This document shows, one piece after another, positions 1-9,291 of a stretch of 64,000 nucleotides of DNA; the first letter of the stretch is position 1, and every line of letters starts with the position of its first letter. The DNA lies in the sequence record ON528725. One strand, 5' to 3'. This DNA is from Shigella phage ESh15. Below the pieces are notes generated by a model. It was not told the DNA's origin. It was given only the letters and a program-made list of their open reading frames with translations, and did no database searches. A program made the translations under genes and the position numbers.

Positions 1-417
1 ATTAACTGACAACATATCGGTTTTTAAGAATTCGTCAATATAAAAACGTGGTTTATTAGGGTCTGCAGTGATATTGAAATTGAATTCTACATCAAAAGCG
101 CCGCCATAACCAGTGATATCTGTGATTAGAAAATCACAATCATAATAATCAATTAATGAATCAACCACAAATTCATTTTCAGACCAGAAATATTTACGAG
201 TGTTATACGCGTTATCTTTATACCATAATGGAACAAACTTAAATTCCGGGAAAAGACGTTCACATTCTTTAATATCAGATGCATTACGTGGATATGTAAT
301 CACATCACCTGGATTAGCACGGTGCAAATGAAGTTGGAAGTTGCCATCCTTAAGGATAGCATACTGTCCAGTTTCATAAGACCGCATACTCAAGATTGGT
401 ACGCGGAAAATAGCCAT
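1..417 (-). CDS. hypothetical protein, N-terminal part only (gene runs past window start); occupies the position where T4 has beta-glucosyltransferase
   Basis: ATG at 417..415 overlaps gene 42 stop (TAATG); open frame to window edge (MAIFRVPILSMRSYETGQ...); not in ORF track because it has no stop in window; no family recognised. Confidence 0.45.
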   Translation of the reverse strand, partial: MAIFRVPILSMRSYETGQYAILKDGNFQLHLHRANPGDVITYPRNASDIKECERLFPEFKFVPLWYKDNAYNTRKYFWSENEFVVDSLIDYYDCDFLITDITGYGGAFDVEFNFNITADPNKPRFYIDEFLKTDMLSVN

Positions 418-1133
418 TAGTCAAGGAATCCTTTAACATAATCAAAATCACGTTCAAACACATGGGCACTTACCATGGTATGAGTATAATCACCAACTTC
501 TACACCGCATTCGTTAGCGATATAATGAAGTAATTTTCCTTGGAGATAAAAATCCAACTGCATAACAACAGCACAGTTCTGAGAACGCATATGACAGTGT
601 GTATAAAGCTTACCATCACGAATATAATAAGTCACTGAGTCAGTACATGGATATTCAAGCGTTTCGTCTGAATCAAGCAAAGCCTGATCAGAACTTTCTA
701 GAATTTGGAACACAACTCTTCGAGAGTTAGGCTTCTCTTTAAGTTCTTTTAGAAGAGCTGGTAATTGAGCCGCAATGCGAGGACCATAGAAAGTGTTGAA
801 GTTCGCAGGCAAAGCATCTGATTTTGGTTTAGAAATAAATTTAGCGACATTAGGATATGCCTTAAACGCTTCTTCTGCATCAGTACCACCAGAAATCATA
901 AACTTCCAGAAGTCTTCGGCATATTCATAAGAGATGCGGTTAATACGTGGGTCGGTCATTTTGAATGATGATGGAGTGTCAACAACTACTGTCATAGACC
1001 CAATTTCATTACAACGTCCAATACGAGAATCAGTTACGAATTCCGGGTTTTCTAAAATTTCACGATTGACTGCTTTAAATGCGGTTTGAAAATCTGCGGC
1101 TTTGATATATTTCATTGTGTTATGTTTTCCCAT
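417..1133 (-). CDS. 42: dCMP hydroxymethylase-like protein (thymidylate synthase superfamily)
   Basis: 238 aa; active-site-like P-C-T-x-x-V-x-Y-x-I-R and SRR motifs; position equivalent to T4 gene 42. Confidence 0.6.
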   Translation of the reverse strand: MGKHNTMKYIKAADFQTAFKAVNREILENPEFVTDSRIGRCNEIGSMTVVVDTPSSFKMTDPRINRISYEYAEDFWKFMISGGTDAEEAFKAYPNVAKFISKPKSDALPANFNTFYGPRIAAQLPALLKELKEKPNSRRVVFQILESSDQALLDSDETLEYPCTDSVTYYIRDGKLYTHCHMRSQNCAVVMQLDFYLQGKLLHYIANECGVEVGDYTHTMVSAHVFERDFDYVKGFLD

Positions 1134-1175
1134 GTTTACCTCAATACAATTTATTATATACTCAATTCGTAAAGC

Positions 1176-1415
1176 TTATTTGAATTTCTTGACAATGTTG
1201 ATATAACGTAAAGCTTCAGCATCGATACTTCCAAGAACACTATGAAGGAATGCATCAGTGTAGTATTCCAATTGAACCGGTTCTTTAATCACTTTAGCCG
1301 CTTTGGTTTCAAACAGGCCCATAAGGGCCTTTTTAAGAATTTGTTCGTTAGTGTTCAGTTTTATAGTCAAAATCTCTTCATTAAGTTTATAATTAAAAGT
1401 TTTTCTAGAAATCAT
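1176..1415 (-). CDS. hypothetical protein (79 aa)
   Basis: ORF with 4-nt overlap to upstream gene; hydrophilic, so not an Imm-like membrane protein. Confidence 0.45.
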   Translation of the reverse strand: MISRKTFNYKLNEEILTIKLNTNEQILKKALMGLFETKAAKVIKEPVQLEYYTDAFLHSVLGSIDAEALRYINIVKKFK

Positions 1416-2572
1416 TCCGGGTACCTCAAAGCGTCATCAGAGTTAGTTATATCAATAATAGATATGGAGTTTTCTGCTAACCCGTTTTTAGATAATTGAC
1501 GTTTATAATATCTTTCACAATATGTACACGTTGACCCACAGATTTCATTGGCACAATCAAAATCCGGATGTCTGAACCACCTTTTTTCTAAAAAGCCATC
1601 TAACAAAGAGGTTTCAATATTTACTGTATGTGAAAACTCAGTCTCATTTTCAAGAGTGAAAATAGTCTCTAAAGGCTTCCACAGTTCTAACAAATTACCT
1701 TCAAACTTTTCAGAAGCGTATGCTTCAAGAACTTTCAAAATGTAGTCTGTGCTACCTGTACGTCCTGAAACTTTGAATTGAGTGATACCAATATCATTAT
1801 AAAGTTTCAAATCTTGAGGACGAACAAAACGAGTTCTCAACCAGTTAAATGGGTCCGTATCACGAGCTTTAATGCAGTGTTGCATTGGATATCCATTTAA
1901 GGATTTAGCATCATCAGCTGTAACATCAGTACTATGGAAAATATAGCAAGAGTCACGATAGCTACAATGTGTTGTATACCCTTTACCAGCATTAGAACAG
2001 AACTCATTTACAAGAACTTCAAATATTATATTGTTCTTATTGCAAAACTCTGCTGCACGCTTCAGGAAAGAAACTGAACGGTTCTTATGAATTCCGCAAC
2101 AGACTTTTTTGATGTTATATTGGTCGTGCAAGTATTTGATTTGAGTTACGGCATCAACATGTAGAATTGTTGAAACTTCAATCTCAATATCTTTATTGAC
2201 TTCACGAACAATTTCCATAACAACAGGGTTAGCGATAGTAATACGCCATACGCCTATTGACCAAAGATACTGAACATAATCCTGAATAGCTTTCTTCTTC
2301 CACTCAACTAGTTCTCTTTTTGAACCAGGATTTATCGTGTTGAGTGTATAGTTAAAGCAAATACCTAATTCATTACAACGTTTAACATAGTCTTCTAACA
2401 TCTTTTTGTCAACGTCAGGAAGCCTAAAATCAGGTCTGGCTGCTACAAAAGCCATTTCTCTTGTAGAGCCGTATACTTCATTTATCAAGCTATTAGGATA
2501 AGTTTTATTGAGCTCTACGATTTTATCAAGAAGAGCTAAATCAAAATTCGTTCCGATTTTAAAAGTATTCAT
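1412..2572 (-). CDS. Cys-rich protein with C-terminal CxxxCxxC cluster, possible Fe-S enzyme; fold unassigned
   Basis: 386 aa; C-terminal C-x4-C-x3-C-x2-C (DFDCANEICGSTCTYC) plus several other Cys; weak resemblance to U32-type TIM-barrel proteins (FNYTLNTI segment). Confidence 0.6.
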   Translation of the reverse strand: MNTFKIGTNFDLALLDKIVELNKTYPNSLINEVYGSTREMAFVAARPDFRLPDVDKKMLEDYVKRCNELGICFNYTLNTINPGSKRELVEWKKKAIQDYVQYLWSIGVWRITIANPVVMEIVREVNKDIEIEVSTILHVDAVTQIKYLHDQYNIKKVCCGIHKNRSVSFLKRAAEFCNKNNIIFEVLVNEFCSNAGKGYTTHCSYRDSCYIFHSTDVTADDAKSLNGYPMQHCIKARDTDPFNWLRTRFVRPQDLKLYNDIGITQFKVSGRTGSTDYILKVLEAYASEKFEGNLLELWKPLETIFTLENETEFSHTVNIETSLLDGFLEKRWFRHPDFDCANEICGSTCTYCERYYKRQLSKNGLAENSISIIDITNSDDALRYPE

Positions 2573-2630
2573 TTTTGCATCTCGCGTTAATTGATGCGAT
2601 GGGTTTTTTTTGCAGGTCTTACTTAAATTA

Positions 2631-3032
2631 TTATAGATTCGGTTTATACGATTTAAATGTTTCGAATTCGCCTTTATTCATAAGAGCTTTGAATTCGTCA
2701 GGACGCATAGCTTTGTCGTCGATAATCCAATCATATACTGGTTTATGTGTTAGCAAATTATGGTACTTCAAACCAATGTTTTCCAAGTTCTGAATCAGAC
2801 TTGGGAGAATGTCAATTGCTATACGACCAGGACCTACTGACTTCATACCACGAGCAGTGTAAAGCGTTATGGTATGCCCTGCATCATACAGGGCATTAAT
2901 GGCAGACACCATTTCGACGTCTGGTTTGAAGTTCACGTAATCACGATTGTTATTCCATTCCGTGATGCAATCATCGACATCAAAACAAAGATTAAGCATG
3001 TTTTCTACACGGTGCATTAGATTCGTTCCCAT
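2631..3032 (-). CDS. HAD-like phosphatase (small, KdsC-like)
   Basis: 133 aa; motif I-like FDVDDCIT, TARG, C-terminal WIIDDKA acidic motif; alternative start at 3017 overlapping upstream stop (TAATG). Confidence 0.5.
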   Translation of the reverse strand: MGTNLMHRVENMLNLCFDVDDCITEWNNNRDYVNFKPDVEMVSAINALYDAGHTITLYTARGMKSVGPGRIAIDILPSLIQNLENIGLKYHNLLTHKPVYDWIIDDKAMRPDEFKALMNKGEFETFKSYKPNL

Positions 3033-4705
3033 TGATGAGTGATATCGCCACCGATTGGACGATAGGAAACACCAGTTTCTTTATCAGTTAGTACCCATTT
3101 ACCAGGATTTTTTGTAATCAGAGTAGCCGTTACAGGTTCTGCTACGTCATAACTAATAGAGCCGTCTTGAAGTACACGACCCATGTTACGTAATTGCTTA
3201 GTCAGAAGTTCCATACCTTTATAATATGCTGCTACCGCTTTAAGTGGATTATTCTTGAAATAACCACCTAATGCAATCCAGATAATTGCTACTGCCAAAT
3301 GATGATACTCGTTAAACGAACTCATCTTTCCATATTTGTAAACTAGTGGATTGATGTTAATAGTCACATTACAAGTTGTTTCATCAATAATAAACTGGCC
3401 CCAGGTCGGATTAGCGTTGAATTCATCATAACCTGAAACAGCATAAAGCACTTTAGCTTCATCATACAATTTTGGCCCGTAAATCTTGGTTTCACCAAAA
3501 TATCCACGAGGGTCGATAAACTTGACTTCGCCGTTATCAGTAATCATGGTATTACTGAAGTTCGGGTCACCGTGAATAACAGAGTACTGTCCCTGAGAAC
3601 GGTTATGATAGCGAATAAGATGTTCTAAAGCTTGTTTCAACATTGGCTTCAGATGTCCAATCTTAGTGTAGTTCACGTGTGTGATTTTACCAAATGAATC
3701 AATCAATGGCTGAATGCTTTCACAACGATCAATAACTTTCGTATAGAATTCTTTAGTGAAATCACGACGAACAGTTTCAGGACTTACAAAATAAGTGTCT
3801 GTGCTGAATTTCAGTGCATCTAAAATTACATCAACAATTTGTGGACGAGCAAGACTTGATTTGGATTTAATATATTCAAATGCTGGCTTACCTTTAATAC
3901 GTTCCATAATAAAGTGGCCGCCAGGATGATAACTTACAATCTGTGGAACTGAATCTGATTTAACTTTCTTATACCAATTGACTTCATCTTTTTGAAGTGC
4001 AACGCCCTGTTCTGTTAAAGCAATCTTTGTTACCGTTTCTTCGCCAATTTCAACTGCATTAAAACTACGATTAAGTTCACGAACTTCATGAGCTTTTTCA
4101 AGTTTAGGCATATCACCAAGGTCGATGATATTCATAAGCTCTGATTTATTGAATGCGCCGCTGTAAAGGAATTCTACGAAATCACGTCCTTTGCAGTATT
4201 CATGAATTTCCTCATCAGTAGAACCCATATAGAATTCCCAGTCTTTGAACTGATAAATTCCTACAACATTACCACCTGTTGAACCTACGTTAGTGATATT
4301 TTCACCGTCGAAATTATATCGACATTCGTCACCCTTAACATAGATTGCGTTAACATTCCAAGACCATGAACCAAAATCAGGAATAATATCGCACCAGTTA
4401 ACAACTACGTTATGGCCGTCTAAATCTTTATGTAATTTAGCAAGAGCATAAGCAGAACCATACGCTTCATCAACTGTACGAATAGTCACATTGAACCCTT
4501 CTTGCTCACAATAAGCTCGAACAGTTTCAGCAAATTTTGAATGAACTACTACAATAATTTCATCTGCACCAAGGTCAGAATAAATTGTATACAAATTGCT
4601 CAGAATAGTGTCTTGTTTATAGTTCACAAGAACTTTTGGAATATGGTGAGTAATTGGATATAAACGAGTTGCCAATCCAGCACCAAGAATAACAGCTTTT
4701 TTCAT
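3017..4705 (-). CDS. bifunctional sugar-1-phosphate nucleotidyltransferase (N-terminal) / APH-ChoK-type sugar kinase (C-terminal)
   Basis: 562 aa; N-terminal ILGAGLATRLYPIT resembles RmlA/GalU G-x-G-T-R-L-Y-P-I-T; C-terminal HGDPNFSN (H-x-D-x4-N kinase catalytic motif) and FIDPRG. Confidence 0.7.
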   Translation of the reverse strand: MKKAVILGAGLATRLYPITHHIPKVLVNYKQDTILSNLYTIYSDLGADEIIVVVHSKFAETVRAYCEQEGFNVTIRTVDEAYGSAYALAKLHKDLDGHNVVVNWCDIIPDFGSWSWNVNAIYVKGDECRYNFDGENITNVGSTGGNVVGIYQFKDWEFYMGSTDEEIHEYCKGRDFVEFLYSGAFNKSELMNIIDLGDMPKLEKAHEVRELNRSFNAVEIGEETVTKIALTEQGVALQKDEVNWYKKVKSDSVPQIVSYHPGGHFIMERIKGKPAFEYIKSKSSLARPQIVDVILDALKFSTDTYFVSPETVRRDFTKEFYTKVIDRCESIQPLIDSFGKITHVNYTKIGHLKPMLKQALEHLIRYHNRSQGQYSVIHGDPNFSNTMITDNGEVKFIDPRGYFGETKIYGPKLYDEAKVLYAVSGYDEFNANPTWGQFIIDETTCNVTININPLVYKYGKMSSFNEYHHLAVAIIWIALGGYFKNNPLKAVAAYYKGMELLTKQLRNMGRVLQDGSISYDVAEPVTATLITKNPGKWVLTDKETGVSYRPIGGDITHQWERI

Positions 4706-4746
4706 GTTGAAGTCCTCATTGGTAAGTAGATGTATTGTACACTATT

Positions 4747-4890
4747 CTAGTTAAAGCATTCATACTTTGCCTGTAGACCAATCATAATCCATCCAATTAC
4801 AAGTGTTGGAATCATTACTGGAACCGTTAAGCTCCAGTAGATAGTCATGACAAGCATCAATAGTAAAAGTCCTATTGTTATTGCTTTCAT
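4747..4890 (-). CDS. small hydrophobic membrane peptide (47 aa), below ORF-track cutoff
   Basis: ATG overlaps stop of SIS gene (ATGA); translation MKAITIGLLLLMLVMTIYWSLTVPVMIPTLVIGWIMIGLQAKYECFN; coordinates approximate. Confidence 0.35.
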   Translation of the reverse strand: MKAITIGLLLLMLVMTIYWSLTVPVMIPTLVIGWIMIGLQAKYECFN

Positions 4891-5522
4891 TGTTCGCCTC
4901 GTAACATGGCACCTAGTGCACCGCCAGGGTGGAACTTAAGGAAGTCATTAGAGGTAAATCCACGTTCAGACGAAAGGTTGATAGCGAACGTATCGATAAG
5001 CGCTAACAACAATGTAGTGGACATGGTCGGAGCTAAAGAGTTCTCGTCAACTTCTACCGCGATACCAGTACAGAACGTATAATCAAAAAGAGCTTCGTAT
5101 TCTTGTGGAATGTCAGGGTTACAATGTAACAGAATCTGTTTAACCTGAGGACGAATCATACGAAGATGTTTAGCAACACCTATCATTTCTTCAGTCTTAC
5201 CAGAACGACTAATATGAATCAACACATCATTAGGCGCAATGAATCCTGCATCACCGTGAGAATAATGCCCAGTGTTCAAGTACATACTCGGGATACCGAG
5301 TGAAGCAAATGTCTCAGAAGCTTTAGTTGCAATATTAGCATTCTTACCAACACCTGTAATAATTACTCGGCTTTCATAATTACTAAGTCCAGGGCGTCGA
5401 AGAGTTTCTAGAATAGCATTATAACGAGCAGGGTTTTGACTAATTACTTTGGCCATGGTGGCAAGAGATGAAGCTTGTTTTACGATTGCGTCAATAGCGA
5501 TAGTGATTGGTGTAGTTTTCAT
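4887..5522 (-). CDS. SIS-domain sugar-phosphate isomerase (arabinose-5-phosphate isomerase KdsD/GutQ-like)
   Basis: 211 aa; VIITGVGKNANIATKASETFASLGIPSMYLNTGHYSHGD resembles the KdsD SIS core (GxGKS...HGD); no CBS domains. Confidence 0.7.
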   Translation of the reverse strand: MKTTPITIAIDAIVKQASSLATMAKVISQNPARYNAILETLRRPGLSNYESRVIITGVGKNANIATKASETFASLGIPSMYLNTGHYSHGDAGFIAPNDVLIHISRSGKTEEMIGVAKHLRMIRPQVKQILLHCNPDIPQEYEALFDYTFCTGIAVEVDENSLAPTMSTTLLLALIDTFAINLSSERGFTSNDFLKFHPGGALGAMLRGEQ

Positions 5523-5562
5523 ATTTCTCTCATTTAATTAGTTGGCCGTCCTTGGCATTATA

Positions 5563-8274
5563 TCAAAAATCGAACATATCGAACAGAGATGCTTTCTTCT
5601 CGTAATCGAGTTTCGCTGCTGATGTGAATCCTTCAAGTGGTTTAATAAATGTCTTCTCAAGGAGAACAGTGTAGTCCATCCAATGAAGTACGTCGTCTTT
5701 AATTAAATCTGTGATTTCAGTACCAGAAGGCCATGCGATACATTTATCACCGAATGGGTTTCCATCACGTAAAGGCAGAACGTATACCTTTTCGCCTTCT
5801 ACAACTTGTGGAGCATCAATATTACCTTTGATAGCTCGGTTATATGTCAGAATTCCACGAATATGGAACGGACATTTAGGACCAGGGAATCCACCAACAT
5901 CATATTTAGCAATGTTATTCGCAGAAGATACCGACGCGATGCTAATATAATTCAATTGACGGAATTCTTTTTCAAACTCTTTAAAATATTCTTGTAATGA
6001 TTCTTCACCTTCTTGAAGCATACGACGAATACATTCTTTAAGAGCTTTCTGTACTGCTTTAGGGGTCGAAGATTTCTGAGTCTCTAGACCCATGATTTTG
6101 AGTTTAGGCTCAGCGTAACGAGTACCTTCCATATCCCACACGTTTAATGCGTAACGTTTCTTACCAGTCCAGAATCCACCAATACCTTTAGAACCGAGCG
6201 GAGGACCAGCGATAGCTTCTCGGTCCATGAACATTAAGTGTTGTTTATTGTTCATGTATTCACACATTTCACGGAAACCTCTATCAATAGCAGGTTCCAT
6301 ACGTTCACGAGCGAACTTATCTAAGAAGTCTACCCAATGGTTGGTATCACGGAATTTAGATTCACCAACCTTATCAATAATTTTATCTGCAGATACATAA
6401 ATGGAGTCTGTATCACCATATAGAACGAAAGCTTCACCTTCTGTACCACAAACTTCGTTCAGATATTCATTAACTTTACGTTCAATCCACTGTAAAGCCA
6501 TTTGACCAAATGTTGTGATTGCAGTAGCATTACGCAAATCGTAATAACGGAACCAAACGTTTCCAAGTGCACCATAAAGCGAGTTGATGAGCAATTTACG
6601 GTTAATCTGTGCAGTCATACCTGCAACTTCAGTACGTTGAGCTCTAAACAACATTTCATTAAGAGATTTAGCAGACAACTTTTTAATCTTTTCTTTAATC
6701 TCGTCAGTGAAGTCGAAACGATAATCAACATCTAATGGTTCGTCAACAGAAAGATTAGGATTATGCAACGCCTCTTTAATTATTTCACCATTACGTTGAG
6801 CTGCAAGCATGTAACCTTTATGTTCTTTACGTTGATTAAAGACCTTAGTGATTTCAGTTGGAACTACACCGTCACGGTCTTTATAATACATCATGCCGTT
6901 AGGAGAGCAACTGTACACATCTGAAGGACGTTCAGCGATTGCGTTAATATAATCATGCAATGGAGCTACTTTAAACGTTCCTGCTATTGTTTCTGGGCTA
7001 ATATTCACTTGGCGAATAATACTTGGATACAGAGATGTAAGGTCGAAACTCATTACGTATTTGTATCGATTTGGAATAGGTTCCTTAACAAAAGCGCCAG
7101 GATAAGGTTGAACCGGGTGAGAACGACCTTGTGGAATCACCTTGTTCTGCTCTTTAAGGCTATTAAAAATAATAGCATCCCATGTTTTAATTGGGCTAAA
7201 CACAGATTGAATCTGTATCTTAGCATAATAACCCATGTCCAAACTCAAGTTGATGAACTGACGCTTAGCATCAATTTGCAATACACGATACACGTCGATA
7301 ATGTTATAAGAAATATATCGTTGGTGATTGCTTTCACGAAGCTTAGAAATAGGGCCGTCATATTTCAGTTTACCAACGTTCAATTCAAATTCTGAAATGT
7401 AATCCAGAGAATACGACGGTTGATTGGTAAAAGAGAATTTTTTGTAAAGGTCAATGTAATCAAGAACAGAGATACCGAACAATGTAATGATTTCACGAGA
7501 ACCATACATGTTTTCGATAACTTTAACACGAGTTTTACGATGTGGTGATAAACGTTTCGCAGTAGATTCGCCAAAAATATTCTTGATTCGGTTATACACA
7601 TATGGAATATCAAATGACTCAACGTTCCATCCAGTCAAAATGACAGGAGTTTTCTGTTGCCAGAAGTTGAGATATTCCATCAACAATTCTTTTTCGTTAT
7701 CGAACGGCATATAAACGATTTTGTCGATAATTTCGGATGGAACTTCATCACCACCTTGTTCTTGAAGCTTAGCAGCGATTTCAATAGACCATTCTTCTAC
7801 ATTACCATATGGAGAATTCAATAGATCAAATACGTAGAACCTGTCGTCAATTGAGTCATAATGGGTGATAGCATCAATCGGATGTTTTGCTTGTGACGGC
7901 TCAGGGAACCCATCCGGAGATGTTACTTCGATGTCGAAGTTAGCCACACGAATTTTTGTATGGTCGTATTTGATTTCATAGTTATAAGTGTCAGACAAAT
8001 ACGCCAATTTGAAATCGTCCATGCCAAGTGCTTCAAGTCCGATATCTTCCATGCGTTTAATCCATTGGGAGGCATCACGCATATTAGCGAACAACTTACG
8101 AGTACACGGCTTACCGTAGATATCGAAATATTTCGTAGCCTGACTTTCTGGACAATGAGCAAACAGTGATGGTTTATATTCTACTTCACGAGTACGTTCA
8201 CGGCCATTAGAATCGATGTAACGTTCAAAAATTGAATCACCAATCTGTTCAACCGTTAAGTAAAATTCTTTCAT
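5563..8274 (-). CDS. 43: DNA polymerase (family B), RB69-type
   Basis: 903 aa; exonuclease FDIE motif, polymerase YGDTDS motif; N-terminus MKEFYLTVEQIGDSIFERYIDSNGRERTREVEYKPSLFAHCPE as I recall for RB69 gp43. Confidence 0.97.
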   Translation of the reverse strand: MKEFYLTVEQIGDSIFERYIDSNGRERTREVEYKPSLFAHCPESQATKYFDIYGKPCTRKLFANMRDASQWIKRMEDIGLEALGMDDFKLAYLSDTYNYEIKYDHTKIRVANFDIEVTSPDGFPEPSQAKHPIDAITHYDSIDDRFYVFDLLNSPYGNVEEWSIEIAAKLQEQGGDEVPSEIIDKIVYMPFDNEKELLMEYLNFWQQKTPVILTGWNVESFDIPYVYNRIKNIFGESTAKRLSPHRKTRVKVIENMYGSREIITLFGISVLDYIDLYKKFSFTNQPSYSLDYISEFELNVGKLKYDGPISKLRESNHQRYISYNIIDVYRVLQIDAKRQFINLSLDMGYYAKIQIQSVFSPIKTWDAIIFNSLKEQNKVIPQGRSHPVQPYPGAFVKEPIPNRYKYVMSFDLTSLYPSIIRQVNISPETIAGTFKVAPLHDYINAIAERPSDVYSCSPNGMMYYKDRDGVVPTEITKVFNQRKEHKGYMLAAQRNGEIIKEALHNPNLSVDEPLDVDYRFDFTDEIKEKIKKLSAKSLNEMLFRAQRTEVAGMTAQINRKLLINSLYGALGNVWFRYYDLRNATAITTFGQMALQWIERKVNEYLNEVCGTEGEAFVLYGDTDSIYVSADKIIDKVGESKFRDTNHWVDFLDKFARERMEPAIDRGFREMCEYMNNKQHLMFMDREAIAGPPLGSKGIGGFWTGKKRYALNVWDMEGTRYAEPKLKIMGLETQKSSTPKAVQKALKECIRRMLQEGEESLQEYFKEFEKEFRQLNYISIASVSSANNIAKYDVGGFPGPKCPFHIRGILTYNRAIKGNIDAPQVVEGEKVYVLPLRDGNPFGDKCIAWPSGTEITDLIKDDVLHWMDYTVLLEKTFIKPLEGFTSAAKLDYEKKASLFDMFDF

Positions 8275-8334
8275 TTAATTTCCTTTAGACGAGTTATTGT
8301 CTTTTGTTTGTTGATGAACTTATTATACTCCAAA

Positions 8335-8350
8335 TGGGACCGAAGTCCCA
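8335..8350 (-). terminator. UUCG-tetraloop hairpin between regA and gene 43 (terminator or RNA stability element)
   Basis: minus-strand UGGGAC-UUCG-GUCCCA then UUUGG, followed by TATAAT-like element about 40 nt before the gene 43 RBS. Confidence 0.4.
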
Positions 8351-8355
8351 TTGCT

Positions 8356-8724
8356 TTAATTACCAATTGTATATTTTGCTTTCAAAGTCCAGTCATCTTT
8401 CTGTTTAAAAGAGATAACACGGAAGTTATTAGTCAGGCCAAACAGATCTTCACGAGCAGAGTCTTCAATAACAATTAATCCCCAGTCTTCAAGCAACTGA
8501 GCAATCGAATCACGTCGCTGATAGTCTTCACCATCAATATCAACCTGACGTCCGTCCATACGCAGCATTTCTTTAAAGTGGACGATGTAATATTTACCTT
8601 GCTTTTGGAGGATATGACAGGACTGATAAAGGATTTTATCCTTGTTATTAGCGATGCCCATACGGGTTAGAGTCTCTTTGACTTTCAGAAAATCTTCAGG
8701 GTTCTTCAATTTAATTTCAATCAT
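8356..8724 (-). CDS. regA: translational repressor RegA
   Basis: 122 aa from MIEIKLKNPEDFLKVKETLTRMGIANNKDK, near-identical in pattern to T4 RegA; ORF-track start at 8733 is probably over-extended. Confidence 0.9.
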   Translation of the reverse strand: MIEIKLKNPEDFLKVKETLTRMGIANNKDKILYQSCHILQKQGKYYIVHFKEMLRMDGRQVDIDGEDYQRRDSIAQLLEDWGLIVIEDSAREDLFGLTNNFRVISFKQKDDWTLKAKYTIGN

Positions 8725-8726
8725 TT

Positions 8727-9290
8727 TTACCATTCCAATGCTAATTTTTTAAATTGTTTTTGTTCTTTCACATTTTTTGTAACTTCTTTGAGAAACTCAT
8801 CAGTGACCATGGCCTTCAGTTCTTTAAGGACTATTGGCAACTTGTTATTTTTTTCAAGGAGCCGCTTATACTCGGTAGCATCATTCATGTTGATTGTGTA
8901 ATGTTTCATCAACAGTTTGATAACTAGTAACTCTGAAGTGTCTTCGACTAGTTTAGCCCATTTAGAGAATCGACGACCACGCGGAATTGCCGCCATCATA
9001 TAGTTGAAGTGCGCTTCATCACTTAATTCAGAACCGACTAAGTTCATCATGTAAACGGCTGGCATACATTCTGGGAACTGGGATAATGAGTTCTCAACCA
9101 TAAATTTTGAGTAGTCGACCTGAGCAATTGACATAGATTTCTTTTCATTAATAGCATTAATGATTTTAAAGAATTCATTCTCAGGTTTTTCTTTAAACAT
9201 ATCAGCACATTTTTGAATCGCATCAGCGTCATTAGACTTCCATGCAATTTGGTGCTCGTTAAGCTGGACGTCATCATCGAATAAGTTCAT
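8727..9290 (-). CDS. 62: clamp loader small subunit
   Basis: 187 aa, same length and N-terminal pattern as T4 gp62; synteny regA-62-44-45. Confidence 0.9.
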   Translation of the reverse strand: MNLFDDDVQLNEHQIAWKSNDADAIQKCADMFKEKPENEFFKIINAINEKKSMSIAQVDYSKFMVENSLSQFPECMPAVYMMNLVGSELSDEAHFNYMMAAIPRGRRFSKWAKLVEDTSELLVIKLLMKHYTINMNDATEYKRLLEKNNKLPIVLKELKAMVTDEFLKEVTKNVKEQKQFKKLALEW

Positions 9291-9291
9291 A

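Noticed and set aside
5711-8169. Several plus-strand ORFs (60-146 aa) inside the DNA polymerase gene
   Set aside because: They are antisense to a well-supported gene, have no RBS and low-complexity translations; spurious frames.
8351-8375. Middle-promoter-like MotA box (TTGCTTTA) with downstream TATATT on the plus strand
   Set aside because: It would drive antisense transcription into regA with no plus-strand gene nearby; probably chance in AT-rich DNA.
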